Source: Chrysomallon squamiferum | Taxonomy: Eukaryota; Animalia; Mollusca | Assembly (NCBI GenBank): GCA_012295275.1 | Contig: CM022674.1 | Coordinates: 17,608,001 to 17,672,000, forward strand | Direction of reading: 5' to 3' | DNA length: 64,000 bases | Shown here: positions 22,952-37,220 of the stretch, piece after piece | Numbering within the stretch: the first letter of the stretch is position 1 | How the letters are laid out: every line of letters begins with the position of its first letter | Notes under the pieces: model-generated | The model's input: only the letters and a program-made list of their open reading frames with translations | Database searches by the model: none | What the model was told of the DNA's origin: nothing | Made by a program: the position numbers and the translations under genes

Positions 22952-25924
22952 CAGGGGTGCTCACACTTTTTCAGCTTGCGAGATACTTTTAAAATAACCT
23001 TGTCAAAATGATCTACCTGTTTTAAAATATGCTAAATACTTTTATTTAAATAGGCATCGAAATAAATTGAGAACGCTCGTTCAGGTCACCGGGAGGTTAC
23101 CAAGTATCAATAATCCTTCAGTGAATGGCTAATGTCTTTTCTGAATCTTTTTCCGAAAAACAACGATTGATTCCTTAATTCTGTTGTTTATTTTTATTTT
23201 TCTCGTATGAAATTCCACCAAAGTTAGCGCCCAGCGATTTTTAATTCTTCCATTTTTTAGATGCATCCACTGTGTGACGTCACATGTTTAGTGATGGTCG
23301 GTCTGTAGTGTGACGTTACTTAGTTTGCAGCAGTACTGAATTTAAACGTAGCATTACCGGGCACGAGTTTTATTAAAATGGTATCCATTCATGTGTAAAC
23401 GTTTAAAAAATGGGATTTTTCCAATGACTTTTAGTTCGAAGTAAATGAAAAACAAATATGTCAAAACTACAATGCAAAAGTTGTACTGAAAACAAAACGG
23501 CAGTAAGAAATGAAGCCAAGTTAAGACGTATTACTTGTAAGTCGCTTGACGGAGTACTTGCCTATATCGATGGTTTCAAAGGCTACACACAGAAATCAAA
23601 CGTGCAAAGGCAGGTGAAAACAGGTAGCCTTCACGACTGGGCAAAAAAGAATTTTTTCACAAAACAGTTCAGACTCTCAAACAAATTCAGCTTCTGATAG
23701 TATGAAAGTAAATCGTAATGTTACGTGTTCTAATTCCAATGGAACATTATTTGAAGAAACCAGTAAAGAACAATATAAGAATCATTGCAATACACATTGT
23801 GGTTGGTTATGCAGGAGAGACCTATATCTGACTATCGGTCCCTGATTCCGTTACTGAAGAAGAATGTGGTGCAGTTTGTAAGTGGGAAGGACAATAACCA
23901 ATCATGTTTGGGAGTTTGTTCACTTTTTTGCCCAAGCAATGAGAGATGATATCAAACGGATGATACAGTATGCCAACTTTATGTCAGCTGAACAAGATAA
24001 CACAGAAGCTCGCAAAACTAGTGACGAAAAATAATACATTTATGTGAAGATTGTAGTGAGGGACCAGCCTGTGGAACTATTACTTAAATGTCAAAAAATG
24101 ATTAATTTCGTTGGAGTAACTTCAGAAAGAATCAAACATGCTATAGATGATGATTTCCATGATTTGACATTACTAGTGAAAAAGACATAAAAATCTCTTA
24201 TTTGTGCCTGTGTAGATAGATCAAAATTTAATGTTGGTATATTGATTGGAGCTCTAACTGTAATGGAAACTGAAGGCAGTGAATGGTTGCTAATAATTCA
24301 TTGCTCAGCACTCAGAATTGAAGGGGCGGTCAAAGATGCATTTACTGAAATTGGTGACTTGGCAAAAGTGGATGACATGATGTTGAATCAAGAACAGTGG
24401 CAAGTGTTGGAGAATATTGCTTCTTATTGCACAGCGGTTAGCGGTTCCAGTCCAACGTATACCGAAAGCTTCTGGTACACGATTTCAAATTCATAAATAC
24501 AGGACCATCAAATCTATGATCATAAACTTTCTGCCTCTATGTTTATTTGCGGTAAACATGATACAGGCTTCAAAAATTGTTTGCAAAGCAGACCAAAACG
24601 CTACACTAAAGGGGTTCCTTAACAAATGCATTCTTTCCATGACCCTATCTTCAAGACAATGAAAATAGATGATCACACTCAGCGGGATATATCTTATCCA
24701 AATTAAGGCTTGGAACAAGTACAACTTATATAACGATTTTGATGAAAGCCTAGCTTACCACAATTTTGCCATAGATATGGTTGTTGCTGAATGGAGGGGT
24801 TTAAATAATCTTGTGGTAAACAAATTCGTCTACTTCCAAAGTAAACAAGGCAAGTGGTGCCAAATATCCAGACACCATCACTCTGAATATCCACACATTC
24901 TTCTTATCATTTAAATCATATTGGCGGTTGCTCTTGCTATTGCAAGTGTTGAGAGTGGCACAAGCGCTCTCAGTCGGTAGTTGACAAATACCAGGTTGAA
25001 CATGTCCAATTGTACACTGGATGATTTGCTGGTGATTACAGTTAACCTGCCTGCACTTATAATCTGTGGCCCTTCATATGAACAAAAACTTACAGACAAA
25101 GCTGTTTCCCAGTATACAGTTTACTAAAAAAAACTAAGAAAAAGACCAGCATCTTGTACAATAGACAACCTGATTCTAGACTCTTTGTCAGACTCACAAG
25201 ACACATACTTACCTGTGCCCTCTTCAGATGTGATAAAAATAACCTGCAATGAACTAATGTGTGTAGAGGATTTTCTTGCTACTACAACATCAGATTCAGA
25301 GGACTTGGATGATGCTCGAGTCAAACAGTTGATACTTCAGACACTGATGATAGTGACAACTCAAAATGCTAACTGAAACAAGTTCATCATTCAGATTCTC
25401 ATATCAGTATTGTTTGATCAGTTAAGTAAAACAATAAAAAGAACACAAATTGTCACGATTTGTTTTATTGTATTGTTTAGTTATTAAATGCAATACACTA
25501 TATATATATATATACACAAAGTATTAATAATGTGAGAAAAATGATATGGATACATAACAAATATATTAATTATACTGTTGTCCATGCATGTATGTTAGGA
25601 TTTCACAACAATAATAATGGGAATCGTAAACTTCATACATTTGTTGTAACCTATTGGTTACGAGTTCCTGTTTTTTTGGTAACTTCTAAATGTGTTCGTT
25701 AGCAGACACAATCCTTATTTCGATGTATTTTTAAATATGTACTGAATATATTTATATATAAATTATCTGTTCTTACACTTTACATCAGTGCATGAATCGT
25801 TACAGCACAACACAACTGAACACATTTTTGTCACTTTGATGACTTGCAGTGAATACCGTGCGATTTATCCGCACTACACTGGCGATTGACCAGTCGATCA
25901 TGATCGAAGTATTGGACACCTCTG
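22952..25924. mobile_element. Non-autonomous hAT (Charlie/Buster-like) element, split by a nested insertion
   Basis: TIRs CAGGGGTGCTCA / TGGACACCTCTG, GATCGA-type subterminal motifs, imperfect 8-bp TSD gcatagag/gcttacag; empty site visible in the paralogous segment near 26433. Confidence 0.8.
23051..25727 (+). mobile_element. Decayed hAT transposon with a ZNF862-like transposase pseudogene (about 23380-25100)
   Basis: TIRs (GG)CATCGAAATAA / TTATTTCGATG, TSD tatttaaa/tttttaaa; motifs IHCSALRIEGAVKDAF, GTRF and the dimerisation region EYPHILL...ASVESG...RLNMSNCTLDDLL; many stops. Confidence 0.85.
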
Positions 25925-26077
25925 GCTTACAGAATAGAAAGTCATATGGAAAAAAGCTAAAATAAATCTCCTAATTTTTTAAATAGAGTTTGATCATGTT
26001 ATTTAGAAATACTCAGGAAAGCACACTATTTCAAAATACTGTTACCTAAAAATATAGTTCTAATTAATTAGTCTTAC

Positions 26078-26197
26078 CTCATTTTGGAGTTGTCGATTCC
26101 CATCTTTTTAGGGGGTGGTGATGGGCTGACTGGGGTGGGTTCTGCCTCTGGGTTCCTGTGTTTCTCAGCTGTTCTGCTGCTGTGCTTTGTAGTCAAA
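26078..26197 (-). CDS. Basic exon copy B (LTTKHSSRTAEKHRNPEAEPTPVSPSPPPKKMGIDNSKM)
   Basis: Paralog of 22588-22707 within a duplicated segment (about 22480-22950 vs about 25960-26440); intact splice sites, phase 2-2. Confidence 0.68.
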
Positions 26198-28430
26198 CTG
26201 AAAAACAAAGTTTTTACTTGTGCTATTCCAAATTTTTTCTAAACATTACTAATATACATGACAAAAATCAGCCGAACAGTTGTCAGAAATCACAGTAAAT
26301 TACTAAACCAGTGCATTGTAAGAAAAGTCCATGAACATTACTATCTTGCCACTAATTGATTAATTTAGGTTTCATGATGTCAACTTTCCATTTAGTGCAT
26401 TTTTCAAACTGAATACACATACCAAGGTGTCTGCATTCAGAACGGAAAGTCAGAAAGATAATCTGTGAGTAACAATGTCTGATTTTAAAATATGCAGAAC
26501 TGTATCAGCTGGGTCAGTTCAGATAGTTCAGGATTCAGATTCATTTGAGGCATCATATGAGTAATATTATAATCAATTCCTATCTTAGTTTTGTCAGACC
26601 TATTACTACATTATATAAACAATACAAATATAAATGTACCAAGAATAGTGTTACTAAGTAATATTCTTAGTCTTGTAAATTAGTTTATATAAACAATACA
26701 AATAGAAATGTCACAAATATGCACCTGAACATAATGAGTGGAAACGTGGCAAGTAATTACAAAGTTGTGATGATTGACAACAGAATGATGTTCTATGTTT
26801 CTGAATGACAGTTACAAATGATTTCACTGTTAAAGGCCAGTGTGTGATATTTCCTTGTTTTTCTTAACTGCAGCATGCTCACATATCAGATTTTGAACTA
26901 CATTGTTTGGCACATCTCTCATTCAGTGTCAAGTTGGCACTTTGGTGCACATCATAAACACAAAGATGACACAAAATAAGAATGCATTCAACATTATGCC
27001 TCAAACCTACAGGACATTAGTTTGACAATTATTACAATCATCAGTCCATTAGTGACCTCAACACTCTACATCCAACGCAATGCTGTAACTCTTCCTTAGT
27101 ACTTACTTAGCATTTTAAACAATTCTTAAAATTTAATTCTTGGAAAAAATCAGTATGAACATGTCTGATACTTTATATCAGGGTGACAAAACTGTTATAT
27201 CTATTAAATAAATATTGTATGATTATTCTTCAATATTGTGTCTGTTTGTATATAAACATACTTTGAGAAATTGTAGACTTCAGCTTTCAATAATCTGATA
27301 CATTCTTCATTCCAAATCTTCGTCACTTCATGATTTCATGTTAATTTACAGACACATTTCATCTGTGCAGTGTTTGAAACTGTCATCTTAATACACCATC
27401 AATACAGTAGTGACATCTCTGAGTAGTACAGTGTTCAAACATTGTCATGCTATGTACAAAGACTTTCTTTATTTACTATTTATTTTTTAAAGATGCTTTC
27501 TCCGCACCATAGATTTATATTTGTAAAATATATATATATATATATATTTTTTAAAGTCATTTCATGCAGTTAAACATGACTCTAGAGTAATTATAATAAC
27601 CTATGATTGTGTTTGAGTATGTATTCCTTCACTTAAACATTAAATTTAAATGCATTTTCAAAATAATAATAATAGCCATTACTCTATTATGTTTTTAAAT
27701 TGTTTAATACATTACTGAATGATAATTTTTCTACACTAAGTATAATAATTTATATCAGATTGAAAATATATATACACAAACACACAGCTGCACCGGAAAG
27801 AAACATTTTCTTCACTATGTCAAGACAAAATGAGTAAAAACAGCTGTATTTATGCTTCAAAATGTTTGGATTAAAGTTAGTGTCACCTAACTGGGGTTAT
27901 TTCATTATATAATACTTGTTGAAAACTGATTAAATATTTGAAGAAAGCATAGAATATTCTGTGACTGAAAGCATATCAACTTATTTTCTTTTTTAAATGA
28001 ATTACAAGTGACAGTCATTTTGTTATCTTGGAAAAAGAAACAGAACACTGATCAGAGTTTCCACTTAGAAACTGTTGAGTAACTCCTGTTACTTCGTTTT
28101 TCAAATGTAGATAAATAAATAGATAGCAACAAAGAAAACATTAGATACCTAAGCTAAAAATTCATTTTATTTATCAAATCAAATATAAAATTTGCTTATT
28201 GAAGTGAGTGTAAGTTATTTTATATAAAGATTGAAAACTGTTAAAGAAACAATTATAACTAACAAACTACCCAACAAGAATGAAAAGTTACTTTTTTAAT
28301 AAAACCTGGACCTAGTCCGAGACTGACTTTGACAACTAAAGTTGTATCCGTCTTGTACTGTACATTGCACACTTATAACATTAAATTTTAATGTAACTAA
28401 TTTAAACAAACAGAACATTTACTTACTTAC

Positions 28431-28511
28431 AATTCAGTTTAGCCCATCTTTAGACATTAGCTGCTGTATGTTAAACAAGTTGTCTGTAACTGTCCATACA
28501 ACTCTTCTGTC
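28431..28511 (-). other. Probable non-coding or poison exon of the NLR-like gene
   Basis: tgacag|...|gtaagt, 81 bp; contains stops in the phase-2 frame. Confidence 0.4.
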
Positions 28512-31360
28512 CTGTCAATAGAACAATACAAAACATACACACTGATTTACCTTGCTTCATAAAATAATATTGTCAAGACTTTCTTTTATTATTATTATTA
28601 TTACTATTGTAATGAAAGAACTGCTGTCATTTACCCAAAATATTAATAAAAAAGTAAAAAGAAAAATGAAAAAGAAGAATTAAGCACCAAGAGGAACAAA
28701 ATACTAAAAAAGTAAACTTAAAAGTAAATCTGTTATATCTGCCATTTTATCAAAAATCAGTATCAAAAATCATTAACATACTTGAAACTGATGCTTAAAA
28801 TAGAATTTTATTTATTTGTTTATTATCAATGTACATGGATCTGGTTAATTTACACAATAAAATGTTATGTACAAATGTAATACTCAAACTTTAAAAAAAT
28901 AGATCAGCTCTATTTACTAGTGTATTTGTAATATACCAGACTTGTTTCAGTCATATTATAGTTTTATATGTACACAAGTGGTTGAGATAACATGTCTACC
29001 TGTATTCTGACTGAAAACATTAGATGATTTCACAAGTTTGACATCTGAAAGTGGATGTATAACCTTGTCATAGCTGAACATGGTGAAAACAAAAATTCTT
29101 AATGAAACAGTGAGTGAATATCTGCTGTCATTTGAGGACATAAATTTAAGATTAACCACATATATAGAGATGAATTCTCTTTTATAAATAATTTACTGAA
29201 TTACTCTTCACCTCCATTTCTTGTTGTTTAACACTCACTGCACAATTTCCTATGTGCATCTAAACATTATGCTCTGATCATATAACTTTTCAGTCCTGCC
29301 AGTAGAATAACACAAAACATAGATGTTTTCAAATTATTAAAATATGTGCTAATTTTCATTTAGAAAAATAAAAGAAAACAAATTTAATATAATAAAGAAC
29401 ATTTTTTTTTCTAAAACAACAACAGAACAACAAAATCTGAACTCTCAAAAACTGAGAGTTATAATTAGAAGAGACAGGATGAAATTTTGGAACGTTTCTG
29501 TTAGTTGATACATTTAACTTTCCACACGTACGTGGGATTACAATTTAATTAAGACATAGAAAGGTAAACTACAGGTGTGTGAAATACGATATTATTGTTG
29601 TTGTTGTTAATTCAATTTGTTAATGCTTGGTTAAGAAACACTCAAATTAAACATATTAATAACTGACTGTACCTTTTTGCTGTTCTCTAATACTATTGAG
29701 TCGGCAAACACTGGTGTCAATTCTTATCAACCAACCCATTATAACACAAACATTAGTTGAGCACCAGTGTCAGCATTACAAAGAATTTTGAGAGTACGTA
29801 TAGGCAAGATGTGATGACTTTCATAAATTTATTTTTAGGCACTGACCAAAAAAAATATGTAGCTTTTCATGAAAGATGTGTGTTTACTTTGCCAAATTAC
29901 GTTGTTACGTACAGCACTCACAGTTACTGCTGGTTCAGGTCTTGGAAAACCATTATTTAAAACAGTTTTCACTTAATAAAACAATAAATTGTAGTTATTT
30001 AAAAAGAAAAATAACACAGGAATCAAAATTAATTTTTTTGTGATATTTAGGATTGCACATAAAATCAAATAAAGTTACTGTCTTATCACATCTACTTTAT
30101 CCTCGTCAGGCTCAGTGCTGAATGCCTCAGTGCAGCAACTGGTATTTTAAATTAATTTATTAGACAACTGCAGTGAGAAAAAGACGTGCATGAATGGATG
30201 ACTGTACCCTTTTTTACTCTATGGCTTGTATGTGGACTCAGCTTTTGATGCGCTTTAAACAGCCAGAAACTAATCGCTTCATTAACTAGGTTGCGATATA
30301 TTTATAAAAAAAATATTAATAAAAAAATAAAAAAATAAAAAAATATGCGGATACATTTTAATTCAATCTTTGCCAAGTTAGTCTTGGAATAAATCATCGA
30401 GCTTCCAGTAATGCGTTCAATATAAGAATTCGTTCTCAAATACACAGATTCCTTTGAACTACAGTACAGATTATAGCAGCGAATTGTTTATCTAAAAGGG
30501 CCTACCTGACGTTTGTTTAGGCACTTTCTTTCTGTATCTTTAGTTTTTGTTTCTTCTTTTAAGGTACACGCCCTTTCCTCTCTGTTGTTCATATATTTGT
30601 GTTGTTACATCTAAACAAACGTCCAATAATGTAAAATGTAGATAACACTCCTGACCTTCCTAATGCTAAGGAGTCCAGTCTCTCACACGGGATAAATGTT
30701 TGCTACGTTCTTTAAACGATGGCACAATGCACACATAACACAGTGTATTGTGTGTGTGTCTGTCTGTGTGTGTATGTAAAGATCAATGACTTATAGAAAA
30801 CACAAAATATAAGGGAAATAACTCAAAAATAATAATTAAAGTAGGTGTATTTTCTGTAATAATTAACTAATTAACTTCCTAACTTCGTGCAATAACAGTA
30901 GTTTTCTCCATCAAGCATACATTCTTTATAAAACGTTGGTTAAAGAGATACTGGAAACTAAATATTTTTTAGAAAATAAATCAGATGGCCATTTTTGTGA
31001 TTTTAAAATCGCAAATAATTCGAGATTCGAGACACAATTATCGATGATAAATACCATTAAATCATTTCGGAAATCTTCTTTCTATGATTCATAAGTAAGA
31101 CGTAAGTAATTTAAGAAAAATAATCTAATATAATCCATCCTCAAACATGAGTCATATAACAGGAATGTTGGTCCGCCATGACACTTTAGCGATACATCGC
31201 CGAGATGAGCGTGTTTCAGGAGGTAAAGAATTCAATTAGCATGTTTGCAGAATCTTGATAAAATTTCAAACAGTAAGTTAAAAATACGAATTGTATACTG
31301 TGAAATAAATAAAGAACCAACAGAAACTACAAAAAACAATACAGTATAAGTTTTCCTTAC

Positions 31361-31389
31361 CAGCAGAAGTGACACAACTTATTCGCCAT
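31361..31389 (-). CDS. Candidate first coding exon, copy 1 (MANKLCHFC)
   Basis: GAGATGG Kozak context; |gtaagg donor in phase 2, compatible with the downstream phase-2 exons. Confidence 0.5.
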
Positions 31390-33049
31390 CTCCTCGCTCT
31401 GTTAATCACCCAGCAATGACCTACTTTGTGTAGCTTTCAGAGTGCTCCGGGCAGACACTGCTTATTTATTATTTATTTACTTGTTCGAGGTCACTGGTTT
31501 AGCTGAATGCATTATCACTGAGAGTTGGCTAAAATGTCAGTTTTCTAAGTGTGTCATGTTTCTGAAATATGGTTTCAGGTTAAAGTCAAAATGATATTGG
31601 GCGGATTATCAACAATGTTGAAGAAAATTATAATACTGCTGTACCTGCAAAGTAAAACTGATTTGAAATAAATATTTTAATTTTTTTTAAATTCTCTCAT
31701 GTGTAAGGGTTTTTTAATTAAATTAAGTAGGCCTAACTAAAAAAATAAAAATCTGACGTCTAATCCACTGAAACACTTTAAAGTGGAATGAACAAACGGG
31801 CACAGCAGTAGGAAGAAAAGTAAATGTGTTATTATACTGACTGTTAAAATTATATTTAAAAACAAAAACACATTTTAATCAAAACCGTCACAAAAATGAA
31901 CTGAAGAATAAATGTAAAATAAATAAATGAATATGAAATAAATAAACAAACACAAAGAAGTGAATAAAGAAAGAAAGAACGAAGTAGAATCTGGATACGG
32001 ACATTTGCCCCCCCTACAATAATAAAGTGCATAGGCGGAAAAATCCACAAGCAGAAATGCAAGATAGGATAAATGCTCCACGAATTAAAATAAAATGTAT
32101 ATCTGATAATTATAATAATTACAAAAGGAAAAACAGACATAATATTCAGTCATTGTTTATAAAATAGCCTTTCACTTTATTGTTAATTGTGGGATTTATG
32201 CAATTATTTAATAGGTCAAGTAAATTGGGTGTGACGAGCTTTAATGAATGAATAACTTTAAAAATAATTAGTATGACAGGTGACATAGCATAGCTTGGAC
32301 ACTATGAAATCATTTTTCACTTGACACTGACAACACTGATTTCGATGTAAGTTTTAAATTAATTTATTACACGTTTGCAGTGAGAAAAAGCATCCATGAA
32401 TGGATGATTGTACCCTTTCCTCTTTGGCTTGCATGTGGACTCAGCTTTTGATGCGTTTTAAACAGCCAGAAAGTAATCGCTTCATTAACTAGGTTTAATA
32501 TATTTAAAAATAATAATAATAAATAATAAAAAATAATAAAATATAGAAAATTGGGGAATATATTTTAATTCAATCCTGAAAAAGGTAGTCTTGGAATAAA
32601 TCATCGAGCTGTCAATAATACGTTCAGTACAGGAATTTTTTCTGAAATGCACAGATTCCTTTGAACTACCTTTGAAATAGATTATAGAAGCTAATTGTTT
32701 ATCTAACGGGACTACCTGACGTTTGTTTAGTCACGATTTTTATGTATCTTTAGTTTTTGTTTGGACAGTTGAGCTATATCTCTGTATCTCTCTGTTGTAC
32801 ATATACTTTTGGTGTTACATCTAAACCAACGTCCAATAATGTAAAATGTAGACAACAGACCTGATCTTCCTAATGTTAAGGAGTCCAGTCTCTCACACCG
32901 GATAATGTTATTAAATGTTTGCTACGTTATTGAAACGATGGCACAATGCACACATAACACAGTGTATTGTTTGTGCGTCTGTCTGTGTGTGAATGTAAAT
33001 TTGTATGACGTTATCACTACAATCTTATTAATGTATGTGTCTATGTGTT

Positions 33050-33121
<72 letters not shown>

Positions 33122-33961
33122 TAGATAGATAATATATATAAATATTTATTTATTTATATATATATACAGTCATAGATTGATATATATATAAATACACTGA
33201 AAACGTATAAGATCAAAGTGACTACTTGACGGTTTAAGTATAGTCATGGTACAACCGAAATGACTGTTGTAATATAATTATTTGTACCAGTCGTACAGAG
33301 ACCTTGCATTACATTTTCATTTTTACGTGACGATATAAACTAATTACAATGCATATGCTCATAGAATGCAAAGAGAGGGATTAAGGACTTATAGAAACAA
33401 GAAAATATAAGGGAAATAAGTCAAAACTAATAACTAAAGTAGGTGTATTTTCTGTAATAATTAACTAATTAACTTCCTATCTTCGCGCAATAACAGTATT
33501 TTTCTCCATCAAGCATACATTCTTTATAACACATTGGTTAAAAAGCTACTGGAAACTAAATATTTTTTAGAAAATAAATCAGATGGCCATTTTTGTGATT
33601 TTAAAATCGCAAATAATTCGAGATTCGAGACACAATTATCGATGAAAAATACCATTAAATCATTTCGGAAATCTTCTTTCTATGATTCATAAGTAAGACG
33701 TAAGTAATTTAAGAAAAATAATCTAATATAATCCATCCTCGAACACGTCATACAACAGGAATTGTATGTCCGCCATGACACTTTAGCGATACATCGCCGA
33801 GATGAACGTGTTTGACGAGGTAAAGAATTCAATTAGCATCTTTGCAGCATCTTGATAACATTTCAAACAATAAGATAAAAATACGAACTGATTGTATACT
33901 GTGAAATAAATAAAGAACCAACAGAAACTACAAAAAACAATACAGTATAAGTTTTCCTTAC

Positions 33962-33990
33962 CAGCAGAAGTGACACAACTTATTCGCCAT
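33962..33990 (-). CDS. Candidate first coding exon, copy 2 (MANKLCHFC)
   Basis: Identical to copy 1. Confidence 0.45.
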
Positions 33991-36467
33991 CTCCTCGCTC
34001 TGTTAATCACCCAGCAATGAGCTACTTTGTGTAGCTTTCAGAGTGCTCCGGGCAGACACTGTTTATTTATTATTTATTTATTTGTTCGAGGTCACTGGTT
34101 TAGCTGAATGCATTATCACTGAGAGTTGGCTAAAATGTCAGTCAGTTTTCTAAGTGTGTCATGTTTCTGAAATATGATTTCAGGTTAAAGTCAAAATGAT
34201 ATTGGGCGGATTATCAACAATGTTGAAGAAAATTATAATACTGCTGTACCTCAAACGTAAAACTGATATGAAATAAATATTTTAATTTTTTTTTAATTCT
34301 CTCATGTGTAAGGGTTTTTTAATTAAATTAAGTAGGCCTAACTAAAAAATAAAAATCTGACGTCTAATCCACTGAAACACTTCAAAGTGGAATGAACAAA
34401 CAGGCACAGCAGTAGGAAGAAAAGTAAATGTGTTATTATACTGACTGTTAAAATTATATTTAAAAACAAAAACACATTTTAATCAAAACCGTCACAAAAA
34501 TGAACTGAAGAATAAATGTAAAATAAATAAATGAATATGAAATAAATAAACAAACACAAAGAAGTGAATAAAGAAAGAAAGAACGAAGTAGAATCTGGAT
34601 ACGGACATTTGCCCCCCCCCCAATAATAAAGTGCATAGGCGGAAAAATCCACAAGCAGAAATGCAAGATAGGATAAATGTTCCACGAATTAACATAAAAT
34701 GTATATCGGATAATTATAATAATTACAAAAGGAAAAACAGACATAACATTCAGTCATTGTTTATAAAATAGCCTTTCACTTTATTGTTAATTGTGGGATT
34801 TATGCAATTATTTAATAGGTCAAGTAAATTGGGTGTGACGAGCTTTAATGAATGAATAACTTTAAAAATAATTAGTATGACAGGTGACATAGCATAGCTT
34901 GGACAATATGAAATGATTTTTCACTTGACACTGACAACACTGATTTCGATGTAAGTTTTAAATTAATTTATTACACGTTTGCAGTGAGAAAAAAACCTCC
35001 ATGAATGGATGATTGTACCCTTTCCTCTTTGGCTTGCATGTGGACTCAGCTTTTGATGCGTTTTAAACAGCCAGAAACTAATCGCTTCATTAACTAGGTT
35101 TAATATATTTAAAAAAATAATAATAAAAAAAAATAAAAAAAAAAATAAGAAAATAAAACAAATTGGGTAATATATTTTAATTCAATCCTTAACAAGTTAG
35201 TCTTGGAATAAATCACCGAGCTGGCAATAATGCGTTCTATATAGTAATTTTTTGTGAAATGCAGAGATTCCTTTGAACTACAAAACAGATTATAGAAGCT
35301 AATTGTTTATCTAAGGGGCCTACCTGACGTTTGTTTAGTCACTTTCTTTCTGTATCTTTAGTTTTTGTTTGCGCTGTTGAGCTATATCTCCTTTTCTCTG
35401 TGTTGTACATATATTTTTGTGGTTACATCTAAACCAACGTCCAATAATGTAAAATGTAGACAACAGACCTGACCTTCCTAATGTTAAGGAGTCCAGTCTC
35501 TCACACCGGATAATGTTATTAAATGTTTGCTACGTTCTTTAAACGATGGCACAATGCACACATAACACAGTGTATTGTTTGTGCGTCTGTCTGTGTGTGA
35601 ATGTAAATTTGTATAACGTTATCACTACATTCTTATTAATATATGGATAGATAGATAGATAGATAGATAGATATATATAGATATATTGAGAGATAGATTG
35701 AGAGATAGATATAAAGATAGTGACAATTTATAAGATTATGGGGACTACTTGACTGATTAAGTATAGTCATGGTACAACCGAAATGAATGGTGTAATAACA
35801 TGATTTGTACCAGTCGTACAGAGACCTTGTATTACTTTATCATTCTTTCTCGATGATATAGACTAATTACAATGCATATACTCATAGAATGCAAAAAGAG
35901 GGATCAAGGACTTATAAAAACAAGAAAATATAAGGGAAATAACTGAAAACTAATAATTAAAGTAGGTGTATTTTCTGTAATAATTAACTAATTAACTTCC
36001 TATCTTCGCGCAATAACAGTATTTTTCTCCATCAAGCATAGATTCTTTATAACACATTGGATAAAAAGCTACTGGAAACTAAATATTTTTTAGAAAATAA
36101 ATCTGATAGCCATTTTTATGATTTTAAAATCGCAAATCATCCGAGATTCGGGACACAATTATGGATGATAAATACCATTAAACCATTTAAGACATTTGTT
36201 TTCTATGATTCTTAAGTAAGATGTAAATAATCCAATATAATCCATCCTCAAACATGAGTCATATAACAGTAATTTTGGTCCGCCATGACACTTTATCGAT
36301 ACATCGCCGAGATGAGCGTGTTTCACGAGGTAAAGAATTCAATTAGCATGTTTGCAGAATCTTGATAAAATTTCAAACAATAAGATAAAAATACGAATTG
36401 TATACTGTGAAATAAATAAAGAACTAACAGAAACTACAAAAAACAATATAGTATAAGTTTTCCTTAC

Positions 36468-36496
36468 CAGCAGAAGTGACAGAATTTATTCGCCAT
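36468..36496 (-). CDS. Candidate first coding exon, copy 3 (MANKFCHFC)
   Basis: Same ATG and donor retained, with an L>F change. Confidence 0.45.
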
Positions 36497-36587
36497 CTCC
36501 TCGCTCTGTTAATCACCCAGCAATGAGCTACTTTGTGTAGCTTTCAGAGTACTCCGTGCAGACACTGTTTATTTATTTATTTATTTA

Positions 36588-36678
<91 letters not shown>

Positions 36679-37177
36679 TTGATGTTCTGATACAATTTTT
36701 TTTGTTACATACTGAAAATAATTCGCCTGGCTTACACGCCCATCTCTCAAGTTTCATCTTCTTTATGTACTTTATTCTAAAAAGCAGTTTGTTCTAGGTC
36801 ACTGGTTTAGCTGAATGCATTATCACTGAGAGCTGGCTACAATGTCAGTCAGTTTTCTGAGTCTGTCATGTTTCTGAAAGATGATTTGAGGATAAAGTCA
36901 AAAACATAATGGGTGGGTTATCATCAATGTTGAATAAAATTATAATACTGCTGTACCTCAAAAGTAAAACTGATATGAAATAAATATTTAAATTTTACTT
37001 TTAACTCTCTCGTGTGTAAGGGTTTTTGAATTAAATTAAGTAGACCTAAGTAAAAAAAAAAAAAAAAATGGCGTTTAATCTACTGAAACACTTTTAAGTG
37101 GAATAAACAAACGGGCACAGTAGTAGGAAGAAAAGTAAATGTGTTATTATAGTAAATGTGTGTGTCTGTGTGTATAT

Positions 37178-37220
<43 letters not shown>

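Larger units (their letters stand above)
30140..37150. repeat. Tandem segmental triplication: units start about 30145, 32352 and 34957; unit 2.2-2.6 kb; third copy partial
   Basis: Long near-identical blocks recur; ORFs 31856-32140 and 34460-34744 are near-duplicates. Confidence 0.95.

Noticed and set aside
31856-32140. Duplicated hydrophobic ORFs (also 34460-34744)
   Set aside because: AT-rich low-complexity frames conserved only because of the recent segmental duplication
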